This document shows, piece after piece, positions 30,136-40,992 of a DNA stretch of 64,000 nucleotides (position 1 is its first letter; each line of letters starts with the position of its first letter). Both the position numbers and the translations under genes were made by a program. This stretch comes from Obrimoposthia wandeli (lineage: Eukaryota): NCBI GenBank assembly GCA_977020255.1, contig CDROCS010005499.1:62001-126000 (forward strand). The letters run 5' to 3'. The notes under the pieces were generated by a model. It made no database searches. It had not been told where the DNA came from and saw only the letters and a list, made by a program, of their open reading frames with translations.

Positions 30136-30609
30136 TTACTCTGGCATTGCAGAAGAATGATGGCTGGTAATTAGCCATTCGGTGCCATCCCAACGGTATG
30201 TATAAGTGTAACGCCCGCTAACAGTTGCACCTGTTTTCGCAAAGGTGAACGTATAAAGACCAGCATCTACCGCGGTATTACACCCTAATTCAATCGTGCG
30301 TAAATCAATTTTCCCTGATGGGCGATCTTCAAGAAAGTGTTCGAAATAATCTTCTTTTTCGTTCGCTGTATAACGTACCCTATTAGACACTGTCGGTAAA
30401 AGCACAGAACGCACAGCATAGTTAGTAACAACATTTTTAGGGTTGCCTGTTCGCAACGCGTTATTCCAACGATCAAATAAGGATTCTATTTCATCTTCAG
30501 ACACCACTTTGCAGCTTTCAGTGTACATTTTAGGAGGGCTGGCTTGATCAGAAGAACAACCAACAAGAGCAGTAGCCACAACCAATACGCCAGATAATAC
30601 TATTTTCAT
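30136..30609 (-). CDS. NTF2-like lipoprotein (SgcJ/EcaC, DUF4440 family)
   Basis: Lipobox LVGC; LFDRWNNAL, LLPTVSN, AVDAGLYTF, ITSHHSSAMPE. Confidence 0.85.
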   Translation of the reverse strand: MKIVLSGVLVVATALVGCSSDQASPPKMYTESCKVVSEDEIESLFDRWNNALRTGNPKNVVTNYAVRSVLLPTVSNRVRYTANEKEDYFEHFLEDRPSGKIDLRTIELGCNTAVDAGLYTFTFAKTGATVSGRYTYTYRWDGTEWLITSHHSSAMPE

Positions 30610-30857
30610 AAACGTCCAACGACTAATAAGTGAGAATACAAACGTCTAGATCAGTATATGAACGATTCTGACTCTTAGTCGGAATATTTATCCGTAGAAT
30701 GATGAGTCAGAGCGGGTTTTTACCATTCAAAATATTACTGACATCCAAATAAATAGCTTTTTATTTGCTATTTCAACCTAAATAGCCCAAATATTAGTCA
30801 GTTAGAATTATAGCGCTTTACATCGACTTCAGTATTCATTATTATCTTTCGCACTCA

Positions 30858-30948
30858 GGAGAGATGGCTGAGTGGTCGAAAGCACCGGTCTTGAAAACCG
30901 GCAAGGGTTTATAGCCCTTCTAGGGTTCAAATCCCTATCTCTCCGCCA
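30858..30948 (+). tRNA. tRNA-Ser(TGA)
   Basis: GGAGAGATGG...CTTGAAA anticodon loop, long variable arm, CCA end. Confidence 0.95.
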
Positions 30949-30992
30949 TATTGGTATTTAGGCGTAAGCGTGAATACAACAGAATAGATTGT

Positions 30993-31050
<58 letters not shown>

Positions 31051-31068
31051 CTCCGGTAGTCGGCACCA
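30993..31068 (+). tRNA. tRNA-Thr(TGT)
   Basis: GCCGACTTAGCTCAG...CTTGTAA...GTTCGA...CCA. Confidence 0.95.
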
Positions 31069-31076
31069 TTTATTTT

Positions 31077-31080
31077 GCGT

Positions 31081-31143
<63 letters not shown>

Positions 31144-31151
31144 ACGCTCCA
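31077..31151 (+). tRNA. tRNA-Gly(TCC)
   Basis: GCGTGCA...CTTCCAA...GGTTCGATTCCC...CCA. Confidence 0.95.
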
Positions 31152-31157
31152 TACAAT

Positions 31158-31233
31158 TCCCTCTTAGTTCAGTTGGTAGAACGCCGGACTGTTAATCCGT
31201 ATGTCACTGGTTCAAGTCCAGTAGAGGGAGCCA
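31158..31233 (+). tRNA. tRNA-Asn(GTT)
   Basis: TCCCTCTTAGTTCAG...CTGTTAA...GGTTCAAGTCC...CCA. Confidence 0.95.
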
Positions 31234-31240
31234 TACAACA

Positions 31241-31268
31241 AAAAAGCCGCTCATTGAGCGGCTTTTTT
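31241..31268. terminator. Bidirectional terminator after the tRNA cluster
   Basis: AAAAAGCCGCTCA-T-TGAGCGGCTTTTTT. Confidence 0.85.
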
Positions 31269-31339
31269 GTGTCCGTTAGTTAGGGTACGATTCTCATTTA
31301 TTTAAACTACGCAGCCCATCCCTTCCTGCTTCAATCAAA

Positions 31340-32866
31340 CTAAAGCATCATGACTTGTGCAACCAAAAGAATAGAACCAAACACAAGTAAGAAGCCAACG
31401 ATCGGAAGTACGAATTTAACCCACTTGTTAAATGGAATATCGAGCATCTGCAGGGTAACTAAAACTAAACCTGTAGGAGCTAGAAAGAGCATTGAATATT
31501 GCCCCCAGTTATAGGCTGATACCACAATATCACGAGGTATCATCACGGTATCTGCGAGTGGTGCCATGATTGGCATTGCTAAAACAGCAAGACCCGATGA
31601 AGATGGTACAACTAACCCAAGGAAGAAAAAGACAAACATTTGAGAAACAGCAAATACACTACCATGCATACCTGATACAAAATCAGATGCATAGGCTAAT
31701 ATTGTGTCTGAAACCATTCCTTGCTCAAGAACAATATTTACACCACGCGCCATTCCAATAATTAATGAGACTGCGACTAACTCAGACGCCCCTTTGGTAA
31801 AAGCTTCAACAGCTTCTTTTTCTTTTAGCCCTGAAATGAAGATAATTATTATAGCGATAGTTAAGAAAGATGCCGCCATCTGAGGAAACCACCATCCCCC
31901 CATAGAAACGCCCCAGATCATTAGTGGGAATGCGATTGCAAACAAAGCGAGAATCACTTTACGGCGCGTAGTGAAAGGTACATTGCCTGAGAGGTTGTCA
32001 CTTTTTAAAAAACGCGCTTTAAATGATTCTCGGTCTTCATAGGTGTAAGAAAATGAAGGATCTTCTTTAATTTTTTTACAGTACCAATACAAATAACTAA
32101 TAACCACGGTAGTTCCAACGACTAACCCAAAGGCCCTAACACCCAAACCTTCAGTAAAAGAGATGCCCGCCGCATTAGATGCAATAACAACAGAAAATGG
32201 GTTGATGGTTGAAAAAGCAGTACCAATGGATGCTGCAAGGAATATAGCTCCCACGCAAACAATAGAATCAAATCCAAGCGCTAGAAAAATAGGAACAAGA
32301 ATTGGGTAAAACGCGACAGCTTCTTCTTCCAAACCACAAGTGGTTCCACCCAATGCCATAACGATACAAACTAAAGCAACAAATAGGAATTCTCGTCCTT
32401 TCGTTTTTTCAGATAATCTTATTAAACCAGCATCGAATGCCCCTGTTTTATTGATTACACCAATCATGCCGCCCAATATCAAAATGAAAACAATAATATC
32501 TGCACCTTCAATTGTGCCTTCAACTATTGAAACAGCAACGTCTAACAACCCTTTAGGAGCTTGCTCAACCTGTTGATAAGTATCTGGTATTGCGATTGGC
32601 TTTCGTATTACACCATTAACGAACTGTTCAATATCGATGTTAATATTAAGTTTTTTAAGCTCATCTTGAGTTGCTGCTACTGTTGTTACATTCCCTGATG
32701 GGCTCGCTATCTGTAATGTATTATCATTTTGGCTATACGCTAATTTTGAATATGACCCAGCAGGGACAATCCATGTAAGACCAATGGCAACTAACATAAT
32801 TACAAACAAGATTGTGAATGCGGTTGGGAATTGAAATGTTCTTTTTGAGTCTTTAATAATATCCAT
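31340..32866 (-). CDS. YfcC/DcuC-like family transporter
   Basis: FPTAFTILF, TWIVPAGSY, EEAVAFYP, STINPFSV, VPSSSGLA. Confidence 0.9.
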   Translation of the reverse strand: MDIIKDSKRTFQFPTAFTILFVIMLVAIGLTWIVPAGSYSKLAYSQNDNTLQIASPSGNVTTVAATQDELKKLNINIDIEQFVNGVIRKPIAIPDTYQQVEQAPKGLLDVAVSIVEGTIEGADIIVFILILGGMIGVINKTGAFDAGLIRLSEKTKGREFLFVALVCIVMALGGTTCGLEEEAVAFYPILVPIFLALGFDSIVCVGAIFLAASIGTAFSTINPFSVVIASNAAGISFTEGLGVRAFGLVVGTTVVISYLYWYCKKIKEDPSFSYTYEDRESFKARFLKSDNLSGNVPFTTRRKVILALFAIAFPLMIWGVSMGGWWFPQMAASFLTIAIIIIFISGLKEKEAVEAFTKGASELVAVSLIIGMARGVNIVLEQGMVSDTILAYASDFVSGMHGSVFAVSQMFVFFFLGLVVPSSSGLAVLAMPIMAPLADTVMIPRDIVVSAYNWGQYSMLFLAPTGLVLVTLQMLDIPFNKWVKFVLPIVGFLLVFGSILLVAQVMML

Positions 32867-33053
32867 TATATAACCACTACGTTATTTACATATAAGAAAA
32901 CTACCTACTTAATACCCACAAAGTATTATGTAACTAAATGTAAAAACGCTATACTCATCACAAAAAAACAAATGCAATACGTTGGGTATTAAAAAGTAGA
33001 GAAACACTCACTGTAACAAGACGAACACAGTGAAGAGCCCTATGAATAATTTG

Positions 33054-33392
33054 TTAAGTACTTACGCGGGACTTATTGATTTTGAGCCAAAACGATTCTT
33101 GGCAATGGTTTATAAATGTCTTTCTTTTAGGGTGCACGGGTGTATTCCCTAGTTCTGAAATCACTTCGTACGAAATCCAGCACTCTGGGCAAACCTGTTC
33201 ATTGGCTTCAAAAAGCTCAGACTCAATGCAATGTTTTATTATTACGCCATTTGAAAATGTAAATAATGACTCTGTACAGTCAACCTCGATACCTTGATCT
33301 TTATAGGATGTATCTACCGACTCATGACTAACGAGTTCTAGTTCAGTGATTTCACCTTTTGTGGCGGTAATGTAAGTGTAAAGATCGTTCAT
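33054..33392 (-). CDS. Hypothetical protein
   Basis: 112-aa ORF with a plausible RBS (AAAGAGA); CPEC motif. Confidence 0.65.
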   Translation of the reverse strand: MNDLYTYITATKGEITELELVSHESVDTSYKDQGIEVDCTESLFTFSNGVIIKHCIESELFEANEQVCPECWISYEVISELGNTPVHPKRKTFINHCQESFWLKINKSRVST

Positions 33393-33425
33393 ACTGTGTA
33401 TCTCTTTTTTGACAAAGACTAGACG

Positions 33426-34172
33426 TTAAATGGATATTACTGACTCTCGTACATGAAACATTTCCCCAACCCTTTCAATGTCGTAAAACATAATTCCAAT
33501 CTCTTCATTCCTTTCATAGCAAGGATTGGCGTGTTCAAAGCCATAGCATGTAGCTGGACAAACAACTTGGCTTATCCACGCTTTTAGCGGCACCTTGAAG
33601 AATGAGTGTGCATGCCCACTAATAACGGAAAGAGTTTGATGATGTATCGCTCTTACTACTGCTGCCTTGTTTTCAATTCCTATTTGAGTGAACCACTCTG
33701 TACCAACATCAACCACGGGATGATGAACAACAACGATTGATGGTGTCTTCCGTGACCATTTCTTTAGTAAGCTAAGATCTTTATTTGAAACTCGACCCGA
33801 GCCAAGCGGCATATTGGTTAAAGGCTTTTGACTTGAATCGACAAAAATAAGCCGACAACCATTTGCCAGTTTTACCGTTTTCTTAACCATAATACGACTG
33901 CCGTTAAAAACAGCTTTCATCATTTGAAAATCATCGTGATTACCAGCAATAGCATACATTTCACTGATAGATACATGAGTCTCTATGATTTCTCTAAAAT
34001 GCTCATAAACATCCACTGAAGGGTTACAAACCAAGTCTCCTGTTAGCAGTAAAATAGCACCATCGCCATTGCCCTCTATATGCTGTAAAGCACGAACTAG
34101 ATTGACGCTAGCCTCTGTATTACCAGCTTGAAGGTGGCAATCACTTACTTGGTATATTTTCATTTCACTCAA
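33426..34172 (-). CDS. Calcineurin-like metallophosphoesterase (CpdA/Icc-like)
   Basis: SDCH, TGD, GNHD, HHP, GHAH. Confidence 0.88.
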   Translation of the reverse strand: MSEMKIYQVSDCHLQAGNTEASVNLVRALQHIEGNGDGAILLLTGDLVCNPSVDVYEHFREIIETHVSISEMYAIAGNHDDFQMMKAVFNGSRIMVKKTVKLANGCRLIFVDSSQKPLTNMPLGSGRVSNKDLSLLKKWSRKTPSIVVVHHPVVDVGTEWFTQIGIENKAAVVRAIHHQTLSVISGHAHSFFKVPLKAWISQVVCPATCYGFEHANPCYERNEEIGIMFYDIERVGEMFHVRESVISI

Positions 34173-34517
34173 TCATCAGCGTTATTATATATTTAAGAAA
34201 TTTGTATGACAAAGAATCTACAGCAAAGTGTAACAGTAAGACATTAATTTAAAAGGGAAATGACAGCTTAATCATTACTTACCCATCGTTAGTCATAATA
34301 CGATAAATACCTGATATCCCCCTCTTTTACAAATAAAGCACCTTAATGGTGTATTACTTGCTTCTACCGCTCGACATCTTGAAGGTAAACTCTGTATAAT
34401 CCGTGACCCTAATCACACTAATACGTCTCTTACTTTCGCAGTACTTATCCTGAGCTCGTTTATTCATAAACAGTAAGTCAGATAATTAACCTGTTAGTAA
34501 ACAGCTAGGACACTCTT

Positions 34518-36104
34518 TTGATCTCAACCGCAAATATCACTATGCAATTTGGCCCTGAGCCATTGTTTGAAAACATTTCTGCCAAATTTGGTAACGGCAA
34601 CCGCTACGGTTTAATCGGCGCTAACGGTTGTGGTAAATCCACATTTATGAAAATTCTCAGCGGTGAATTAGCACCGACTTCTGGCAATGTATCAATATCT
34701 CCAGGTCAGAAAGTTGGCACACTAAGCCAAGATCAATTTGCGTTCGAAGAATACAGTGTTATCGACACCGTGATTATGGGCGATGCTAAGCTTTGGGAAA
34801 TAAAGCAAGAACGTGAGCGCATTTATTCGCTGCCAGAAATGAGCGAAGAAGATGGTATGAAAGTGGGTGAGCTTGAAAGTGAATTCGCAGAGATGGACGG
34901 CTACAGTGCTGAAAGTCGTGCGGGTGATATTTTACTAGAAGCAGGTATTGAAGAAGAATTCCACTTCGGTTCAATGCAGCAAATTGCCCCAGGTCGTAAA
35001 TTGCGTGTGCTACTTGCACAATCATTATTCTCTAACCCTGATATCTTGTTGCTGGATGAACCAACCAACAACTTGGATATTCATACTATTAACTGGTTGG
35101 GTGGTGAACTTAACAAGCGTAAGTGCACCATGATCATCATCTCGCACGACAGACACTTCTTAAACACTGTTTGTACGCACATGGCAGACATTGATTACGG
35201 CGAACTGCGCATCTACCCTGGTAACTATGAATATTTCATGGAAGCTGCGGCACTAATCCAAGAGCAATTACTTGCAGGTAATGCGAAGAAAAGTGCTGAA
35301 ATGGTAGAGTTACAAGACTTCGTTAACCGCTTTGGTGCTAACGCATCTAAAGCAAAACAAGCTAGCTCTCGCGCGAAGAAATTAGACAAGATCAAACTTG
35401 ATGACGTTAAATCATCAAGCCGCATGACACCATCGTTAAAATTCCCAGATGGTAAAAAAATGCACCGCCAAGCATTAGTCCTTGAAGATCTTGGTCACGG
35501 TTTTGATGGCGAAATGTTATTTGAAGGTGGCGACCTTATTCTTGAAGCTGGCGCTAAAGTCGCCGTTATCGGTGAAAATGGCGTAGGTAAATCAACGTTC
35601 TTACGCTGTTTAGTGAATGAGCTACAACCAAATGAAGGTGTGATTAAGTGGTCTGAAAATGCCTCTTTTGCTTACTGCCCACAAGATAGCTCTGCATATT
35701 TCGATAACGATCTTAGCCTATTTGATTGGATTTCTCAGTACCGTACTGAGAAGCACAATGATCTTATGATTCGCGGTATGTTAGGTCGCCTTCTGTTCAC
35801 TGAAGATGACGCAAACAAAAAAGCACGCAGTTGTTCTGGTGGTGAAAAGAACCGTTTGTTATTTGGTATGCTAATGCTGATGGACACTAACGTGTTAATC
35901 ATGGATGAACCAACTAACCACATGGATATGGAAGCGATTGAAGCATTAAACAACGCATTAAAAGTGTACCAAGGTACGCTTATTTTCGTTAGTCACGACC
36001 GTGAATTCGTTTCATCACTGGCTACACGCATTATCGACATTAAAGATACTAAAATGATTAACTTCCAAGGTACGTTCAACGAGTACCTATCAAATAATAA
36101 ATAA
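34518..36104 (+). CDS. ABC-F family ATPase (YbiT-like)
   Basis: Two NBDs ([16 protein letters not shown]; [16 protein letters not shown]), no TM domain. Confidence 0.93.
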   Translation: MISTANITMQFGPEPLFENISAKFGNGNRYGLIGANGCGKSTFMKILSGELAPTSGNVSISPGQKVGTLSQDQFAFEEYSVIDTVIMGDAKLWEIKQERERIYSLPEMSEEDGMKVGELESEFAEMDGYSAESRAGDILLEAGIEEEFHFGSMQQIAPGRKLRVLLAQSLFSNPDILLLDEPTNNLDIHTINWLGGELNKRKCTMIIISHDRHFLNTVCTHMADIDYGELRIYPGNYEYFMEAAALIQEQLLAGNAKKSAEMVELQDFVNRFGANASKAKQASSRAKKLDKIKLDDVKSSSRMTPSLKFPDGKKMHRQALVLEDLGHGFDGEMLFEGGDLILEAGAKVAVIGENGVGKSTFLRCLVNELQPNEGVIKWSENASFAYCPQDSSAYFDNDLSLFDWISQYRTEKHNDLMIRGMLGRLLFTEDDANKKARSCSGGEKNRLLFGMLMLMDTNVLIMDEPTNHMDMEAIEALNNALKVYQGTLIFVSHDREFVSSLATRIIDIKDTKMINFQGTFNEYLSNNK

Positions 36105-36263
36105 TCAGACACAAAAAGTCGCATAATGTAAAACTAATAGAAATAAAGCTGATTGCATAATAACTCGTCAGGGTTCAATATGAGGTCAGCTTTTTTTTGT
36201 TTATTTTTAACAAGAAATAGCGATACTATCGCTCATAGAATCTATACATATCTAGGCAATAAC

Positions 36264-36926
36264 ATGACGCTTCCAATACTGTATTCACTGCGACGATGCC
36301 CTTATGCTATGCGAGCAAGAATTGGAATACTATTGGCAAAGCAGCCTGTTATGTTGCGCGATATTGTGATGAAAAATATTCCTGCCGAAATGATCGCAGT
36401 GTCACCTAAAGCAACAGTCCCGGTGTTAGTGCTTGCCGATTCAACCGTCATTGATGAAAGCCTTGATATCATGCTTTGGGCATTGCAACAAAGCGATCCG
36501 AGTAATCTACTTGTTAAAGAAAGTACTGATGCTCTACCTATCATGCTTAACCTTATTCATCGTAACGACAATGAGTTTGTCGAATCGTTAGAAAAATATA
36601 AAGTCGCCGCTCGTTATCATGATATTGCGGAAGTGTTTTATCGCAACCAATGCGAGATTTTCATTGCTGATCTTGAAGAACGCTTAACGACCAGTGAATA
36701 TTTGATGGGTGATCAACCTTGCTTAGCTGACTATGCACTTTTACCTTTTGTTCGCCAATTTTCCCGCGTTGATCGAAAGTGGTATCTACACTCCCCCTAT
36801 TTAAACATTCAACGCTGGTTGAATACACATTATCAAAACCCACTGTTTTCTAAAGCAATGAAGAAATACCCCCAATGGCTAGATAACCATGAGTCTGTTT
36901 TAATTGGTGTCGACGAAACAAAATAA
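36264..36926 (+). CDS. Glutathione S-transferase family protein
   Basis: LYSLRRCPYAMRAR, SPKATVPVL, DESLDIM; start moved to 36264. Confidence 0.9.
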   Translation: MTLPILYSLRRCPYAMRARIGILLAKQPVMLRDIVMKNIPAEMIAVSPKATVPVLVLADSTVIDESLDIMLWALQQSDPSNLLVKESTDALPIMLNLIHRNDNEFVESLEKYKVAARYHDIAEVFYRNQCEIFIADLEERLTTSEYLMGDQPCLADYALLPFVRQFSRVDRKWYLHSPYLNIQRWLNTHYQNPLFSKAMKKYPQWLDNHESVLIGVDETK

Positions 36927-36929
36927 CCT

Positions 36930-37352
36930 TTATCGACGTTTGGTCATTACGTAGTAATCACAATAATCATTAGACCCTTGAGACGCAATAACAAAGCCTT
37001 TTGACGCATAGAATTTTAGCGCCATGTCATTTTTGTTCATACATTTCAATGTTAGCGGTTTGTCGCTTAAATTTTTGGCGGTTTCTAACAATTGTGTACC
37101 CACACCTATTCCATTAGCATGAGCTGAAACATAAAGGTGATGGATGAAGTTTTCAGGTTCCCACACAGAGATAAATCCTAAAACATCATCACCCTCGAGT
37201 GCTACGTGAATGCGCTCTGCTTCTGTATCTTGGTCAAAATCTAATAACTGATATGTACTGGTCTCTAGCCAAGTAAAAGTAGATTGTCTTGATTCCAGAT
37301 AGATGCTTCGCAATGCATTTCGGTATTTATCAGAAAATGTTTTAATTTCCAT
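36930..37352 (-). CDS. GNAT family N-acetyltransferase
   Basis: FIHHLYV...GIGVGTQLL, ALKFYASKGF. Confidence 0.88.
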   Translation of the reverse strand: MEIKTFSDKYRNALRSIYLESRQSTFTWLETSTYQLLDFDQDTEAERIHVALEGDDVLGFISVWEPENFIHHLYVSAHANGIGVGTQLLETAKNLSDKPLTLKCMNKNDMALKFYASKGFVIASQGSNDYCDYYVMTKRR

Positions 37353-37412
37353 ATACTTCCTTCAACGCCTAATAGCATTCTTGATAAATCATAAAAAGAA
37401 CACCGCTCAGAC

Positions 37413-37856
37413 TTACATCAACCATCCTGTACGAAACGATACACCGACTAATACAAATAAAATTGAGAGAATAGTCACTGGAATGATATGTAATGCCATA
37501 TCAACGAGATTGTCTTCTGATAATTTAGGTATCACTCGAAATCTCGCATCTAGTGCAAACATTACAGTTAGCGCGAGTAAACTTAATTTTGCGACGATTC
37601 CATGAGCCAATGGGTTAGAAAAATCAAACCACAACGATACATCAGGCACTAAGTGATACGCTAGCATTAGCCCACTAATTACCTGAAGAATGAGCGCAGG
37701 CATGCCTATTTTTTCATATGCCGATTCAAATTTAAGTAACTCTTGAGGCGAACGATTTTTTAAAACACTCGGTAAAATAACGCAAGACAAAACAATATGT
37801 CCGCCTGTCCAGATAGTGGCAGACAGGATATGAATCGCCAATAGAAAACCATACAT
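37413..37856 (-). CDS. CopD-like 4-TM membrane protein
   Basis: HILSATIWTGG, QVISGLML. Confidence 0.75.
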   Translation of the reverse strand: MYGFLLAIHILSATIWTGGHIVLSCVILPSVLKNRSPQELLKFESAYEKIGMPALILQVISGLMLAYHLVPDVSLWFDFSNPLAHGIVAKLSLLALTVMFALDARFRVIPKLSEDNLVDMALHIIPVTILSILFVLVGVSFRTGWLM

Positions 37857-38244
37857 TATTGATACTTCCTTTTATGTGCTAACAGCCTTTATTCAACGAT
37901 CTTAATCTTGTATCTTTTCACAGCGCCGTACCTGAATACATTGCTGAGCGACACACAATAACAATCGACTTAACACTGATGCTGATATTTGCAATAATAA
38001 ACATGTATAATTAATATATCATTTGATTGCAGTATATGACATCTAAAATGTGTAAACACTGTTTGTTTATCAAAAGGTAAGAATATTGAACAAATGGATG
38101 CTGTAAGGCTAACTAAGCAAGAACAAAATTGACGAGTGTAGCGTTCGGTAAAATTGAATATTCAATTACCACTTTTGCGGAGTTGCTACCGCAGTAACTC
38201 ACTTTATAATACTCACTTCAACTTTTAGAGAAATCACCGTTAGT

Positions 38245-38526
38245 ATGAGCAAGAAACCCGACAGAATTACCGCTATGCAACAAATCATTGATGCCGTCAA
38301 AAAAGAGTTTCCATTATATGACTCCGATACTTTTGTATGTGGCATTGATAATAGCTGTATCGGATGCCCTAAAAAACTCATGGAACTCGTAGATACAGAC
38401 CTTACCTACTGGCAATACGCTATAGACCGAGGAATCTCCCCTACTTTTGATGAGATATATAGTTTTGGTAAACTCTGCAAAAATGTGCGACGTGGCTTAG
38501 TTCGCAATAACAGAATCCAAGCTTAG
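38245..38526 (+). CDS. Small Cys-containing hypothetical protein
   Basis: C-x5-C-x2-CPKKL and a distal Cys. Confidence 0.7.
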   Translation: MSKKPDRITAMQQIIDAVKKEFPLYDSDTFVCGIDNSCIGCPKKLMELVDTDLTYWQYAIDRGISPTFDEIYSFGKLCKNVRRGLVRNNRIQA

Positions 38527-38611
38527 TCGTTCTTTCTAAATAGACCATATCATTATTAACAACAACACTTTATGATTTACCTTCAGAACCTTTAAACAAC
38601 AAGAGACGAAG

Positions 38612-39487
38612 ATGAGCTGGATTGTTTTAACCTGTTTTGCCGCATTTTGTCAGGCATGGCGAAATGCTTTTCAGAGTAAATTAAGCAAACAGTTAAATGT
38701 TATCGGTGTCACTCTCTCTCGTTTTCTTTTGGCTAGTCCATTGGCTTTGCTATATCTCTATGGCCTTTATGAATGGCAGCCTGCAGACCTACCCAGTTTC
38801 TCTGCAAAATCTTGGTTTTTCATTATGAGTGCTGCTGTCATGCAAATTATCGCGACGGCACTGATGGTTGTTCTATTTAAGCAAAAAAACTTTGCGGTTG
38901 GGGCTGGATTAGCAAAATGTGAGGCACCTGTCGCAGCCTTTCTCGGTGTTTTGTTTTTTGGTACAACATTAACTTACTGGGGGTGGCTTGGCGTTGCAGT
39001 TGGCGCTATCGCAGTATTAATTTTAAGCTCGCCAGATAAGATTAGAAATATATCCCTCAAAACCGTCGCTATTGGGCTTGCATGCAGTACTGCATTCGCC
39101 CTTACTTCACTATGGATTAGAGAAGCCAGCCTGAGCTTATCTTTACCTTTCCCTCATAGTGCAGCATGGATATTATTCTTAGTTATCTTTATTCAAACTC
39201 TAATACTGACTACGTATCTATTTATACGAGATAAAGAAACACTCAAGCAAATGTTCAAACAAAGAAAACTCGTAACAATGACCAGTATTGCCAGTTTCTT
39301 CGGTTCATTAGGCTGGTTCAGTGCGATGTCATTACAAACTGTTCCTTATGTGAAAACGTTAGGTCAGATTGAGATTTTCTTTATGATGCTCATCTCTGCC
39401 TTTTGGCTAAAAGAACAAACCCGTAGAAAAGACATCTTTGCATTATTGCTCGTTGCAGTTGCTGCTACTTTGGTGATATTTCAATAG
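38612..39487 (+). CDS. DMT/EamA family transporter
   Basis: QAWRNAFQ, KNFAVGAGLAKCE, VKTLGQIE; about 10 TM. Confidence 0.85.
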   Translation: MSWIVLTCFAAFCQAWRNAFQSKLSKQLNVIGVTLSRFLLASPLALLYLYGLYEWQPADLPSFSAKSWFFIMSAAVMQIIATALMVVLFKQKNFAVGAGLAKCEAPVAAFLGVLFFGTTLTYWGWLGVAVGAIAVLILSSPDKIRNISLKTVAIGLACSTAFALTSLWIREASLSLSLPFPHSAAWILFLVIFIQTLILTTYLFIRDKETLKQMFKQRKLVTMTSIASFFGSLGWFSAMSLQTVPYVKTLGQIEIFFMMLISAFWLKEQTRRKDIFALLLVAVAATLVIFQ

Positions 39488-39607
39488 GACTATTATTACT
39501 AGAAAAGTGGATAAGTAAATAGTCAGATAGTTGCGCAGGACAAATTAATAACAACAAGGCAGCAGACAATGGCATCGTCCGACTGCCTTTACTTGTTTGC
39601 TAGAATT

Positions 39608-40093
39608 CTAATTACTGCTTTCAACGACGATATCAGCTTTGGTTGAACCAATAATTTCAAGTAGCTCTTGAGATTCCTTTGCCGGAACCTTATGCTTTGC
39701 GAGTACTTCCTTAAAAAGAACAACCATGCGATCCCACTCCGGTTCAGTGATATTCAAATTCGCATGTGCTTCTTTCATCCCTTTTCCTTGATACTCACAA
39801 GGGCCACCCGTCGCAATACACACCATAGACGTTACACGATATTTCAAATATGCAGCTGGCACATGTGCCCTTGTGGCTTGAACTGCTGGATTTTTATTAA
39901 GAAAAGTATCGGGCACTACGACGTCTATAAAGTCACTAACGACTACAGATATCGGCGCTAGCCCTCCCAAGCGGCTATATAACGAAGATGTATCTGATTT
40001 AGTATTGCTTTCAGCAGAAACTGAACCAATTACCAAAAACGATGTTAAAACAAAAATAAGCACTACTTTTAGGTTATGCACACTCTTAATCAT
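39608..40093 (-). CDS. Group 1 truncated hemoglobin with signal peptide
   Basis: LYSRLGG, TGGPCEYQG, proximal MKEAH, LNIT; N-terminal hydrophobic leader; RBS AGAGGA before ATG 40093. Confidence 0.88.
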   Translation of the reverse strand: MIKSVHNLKVVLIFVLTSFLVIGSVSAESNTKSDTSSLYSRLGGLAPISVVVSDFIDVVVPDTFLNKNPAVQATRAHVPAAYLKYRVTSMVCIATGGPCEYQGKGMKEAHANLNITEPEWDRMVVLFKEVLAKHKVPAKESQELLEIIGSTKADIVVESSN

Positions 40094-40353
40094 AATGATT
40101 TCCTCTGTGACCAAATTTACAACAGGGTCAAGAAGATCATAGTTCACGTTATGGTTTATTTCAGCGAGCGGTTCTTTCACATCAGATTCAATGAATAAAT
40201 CCAGCAATTTAGATCTGGGTACATATGCCCCCCCCCCTTCTATAGATTAATTTGAAGTATGAGTAAAGGAGGTTCGCAGCTGATTGTAGCCTCCTCTACC
40301 TCACCTTGCTAACAAACAAAGACAAAATAGAAGAGACAACATATAAGCTATGT

Positions 40354-40980
40354 TTATGATTCTTTCGCCACAGGTGCAGTAACTTCAGACAACGTATTTA
40401 CTTGGTTTTCCAGTTCTTTTGTTGTCTTCTGACTCATGAATTCTTTGTATAAAGCTGCTTTATCAGTCGGGTCAATCACAGTGTTAGTTTCAACCATGTT
40501 ATTGAACAACTTCTCACTTTCCATTTTAGGCATGGTTACCAATGCACACACCTGATCAATACCAGAAATTTGCACTAACGCGATCTGCTCTACTTGGCTT
40601 TTTTGCAAAGACACGCTTGTGATCTGTTTCGCTATTTGTTCAAACGACGTACCTGTTGTAGACACACCTGCCGCTGAATCCATCTTCTGGTATGTTTTTT
40701 CTAATACGTTAGCTTTCAAATCCATATTTTGAGCCAATGTATTACGTGTTAGAGACACGACGTGATTACGGTCAACCGAGAAATTCCCAGATGCTGTAAC
40801 ACAGTTCGAAGCAGCAAAACCATTTGCGGATGATGGATTAAACACCCACGCAGGCATTGCCTGTGAGCTGTTTGCTGATGGCACATTGGTCTCTGGCTGT
40901 TGAGTAACCTGAGCTGACTCTGAAGCACAACCTGTTAAAACTACGGCTAGAATCGCAGCTGATAATATTTTTTTATTCAT
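40354..40980 (-). CDS. LPP20-like lipoprotein
   Basis: Lipobox LTGC; PAWV...A...R..LA pattern. Confidence 0.7.
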   Translation of the reverse strand: MNKKILSAAILAVVLTGCASESAQVTQQPETNVPSANSSQAMPAWVFNPSSANGFAASNCVTASGNFSVDRNHVVSLTRNTLAQNMDLKANVLEKTYQKMDSAAGVSTTGTSFEQIAKQITSVSLQKSQVEQIALVQISGIDQVCALVTMPKMESEKLFNNMVETNTVIDPTDKAALYKEFMSQKTTKELENQVNTLSEVTAPVAKES

Positions 40981-40992
40981 TATGTGGCCTTA

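Noticed and set aside
30858-31233. tRNA cluster as an island attachment site
   Set aside because: I found no duplicated tRNA 3' end and no integrase in the window.
40228-40237. C10 tract (G10 on the minus strand) as a phase-variation switch for the globin gene; also C8 at 49187-49194
   Set aside because: Both lie outside coding frames and identified promoter spacers; no supporting evidence.
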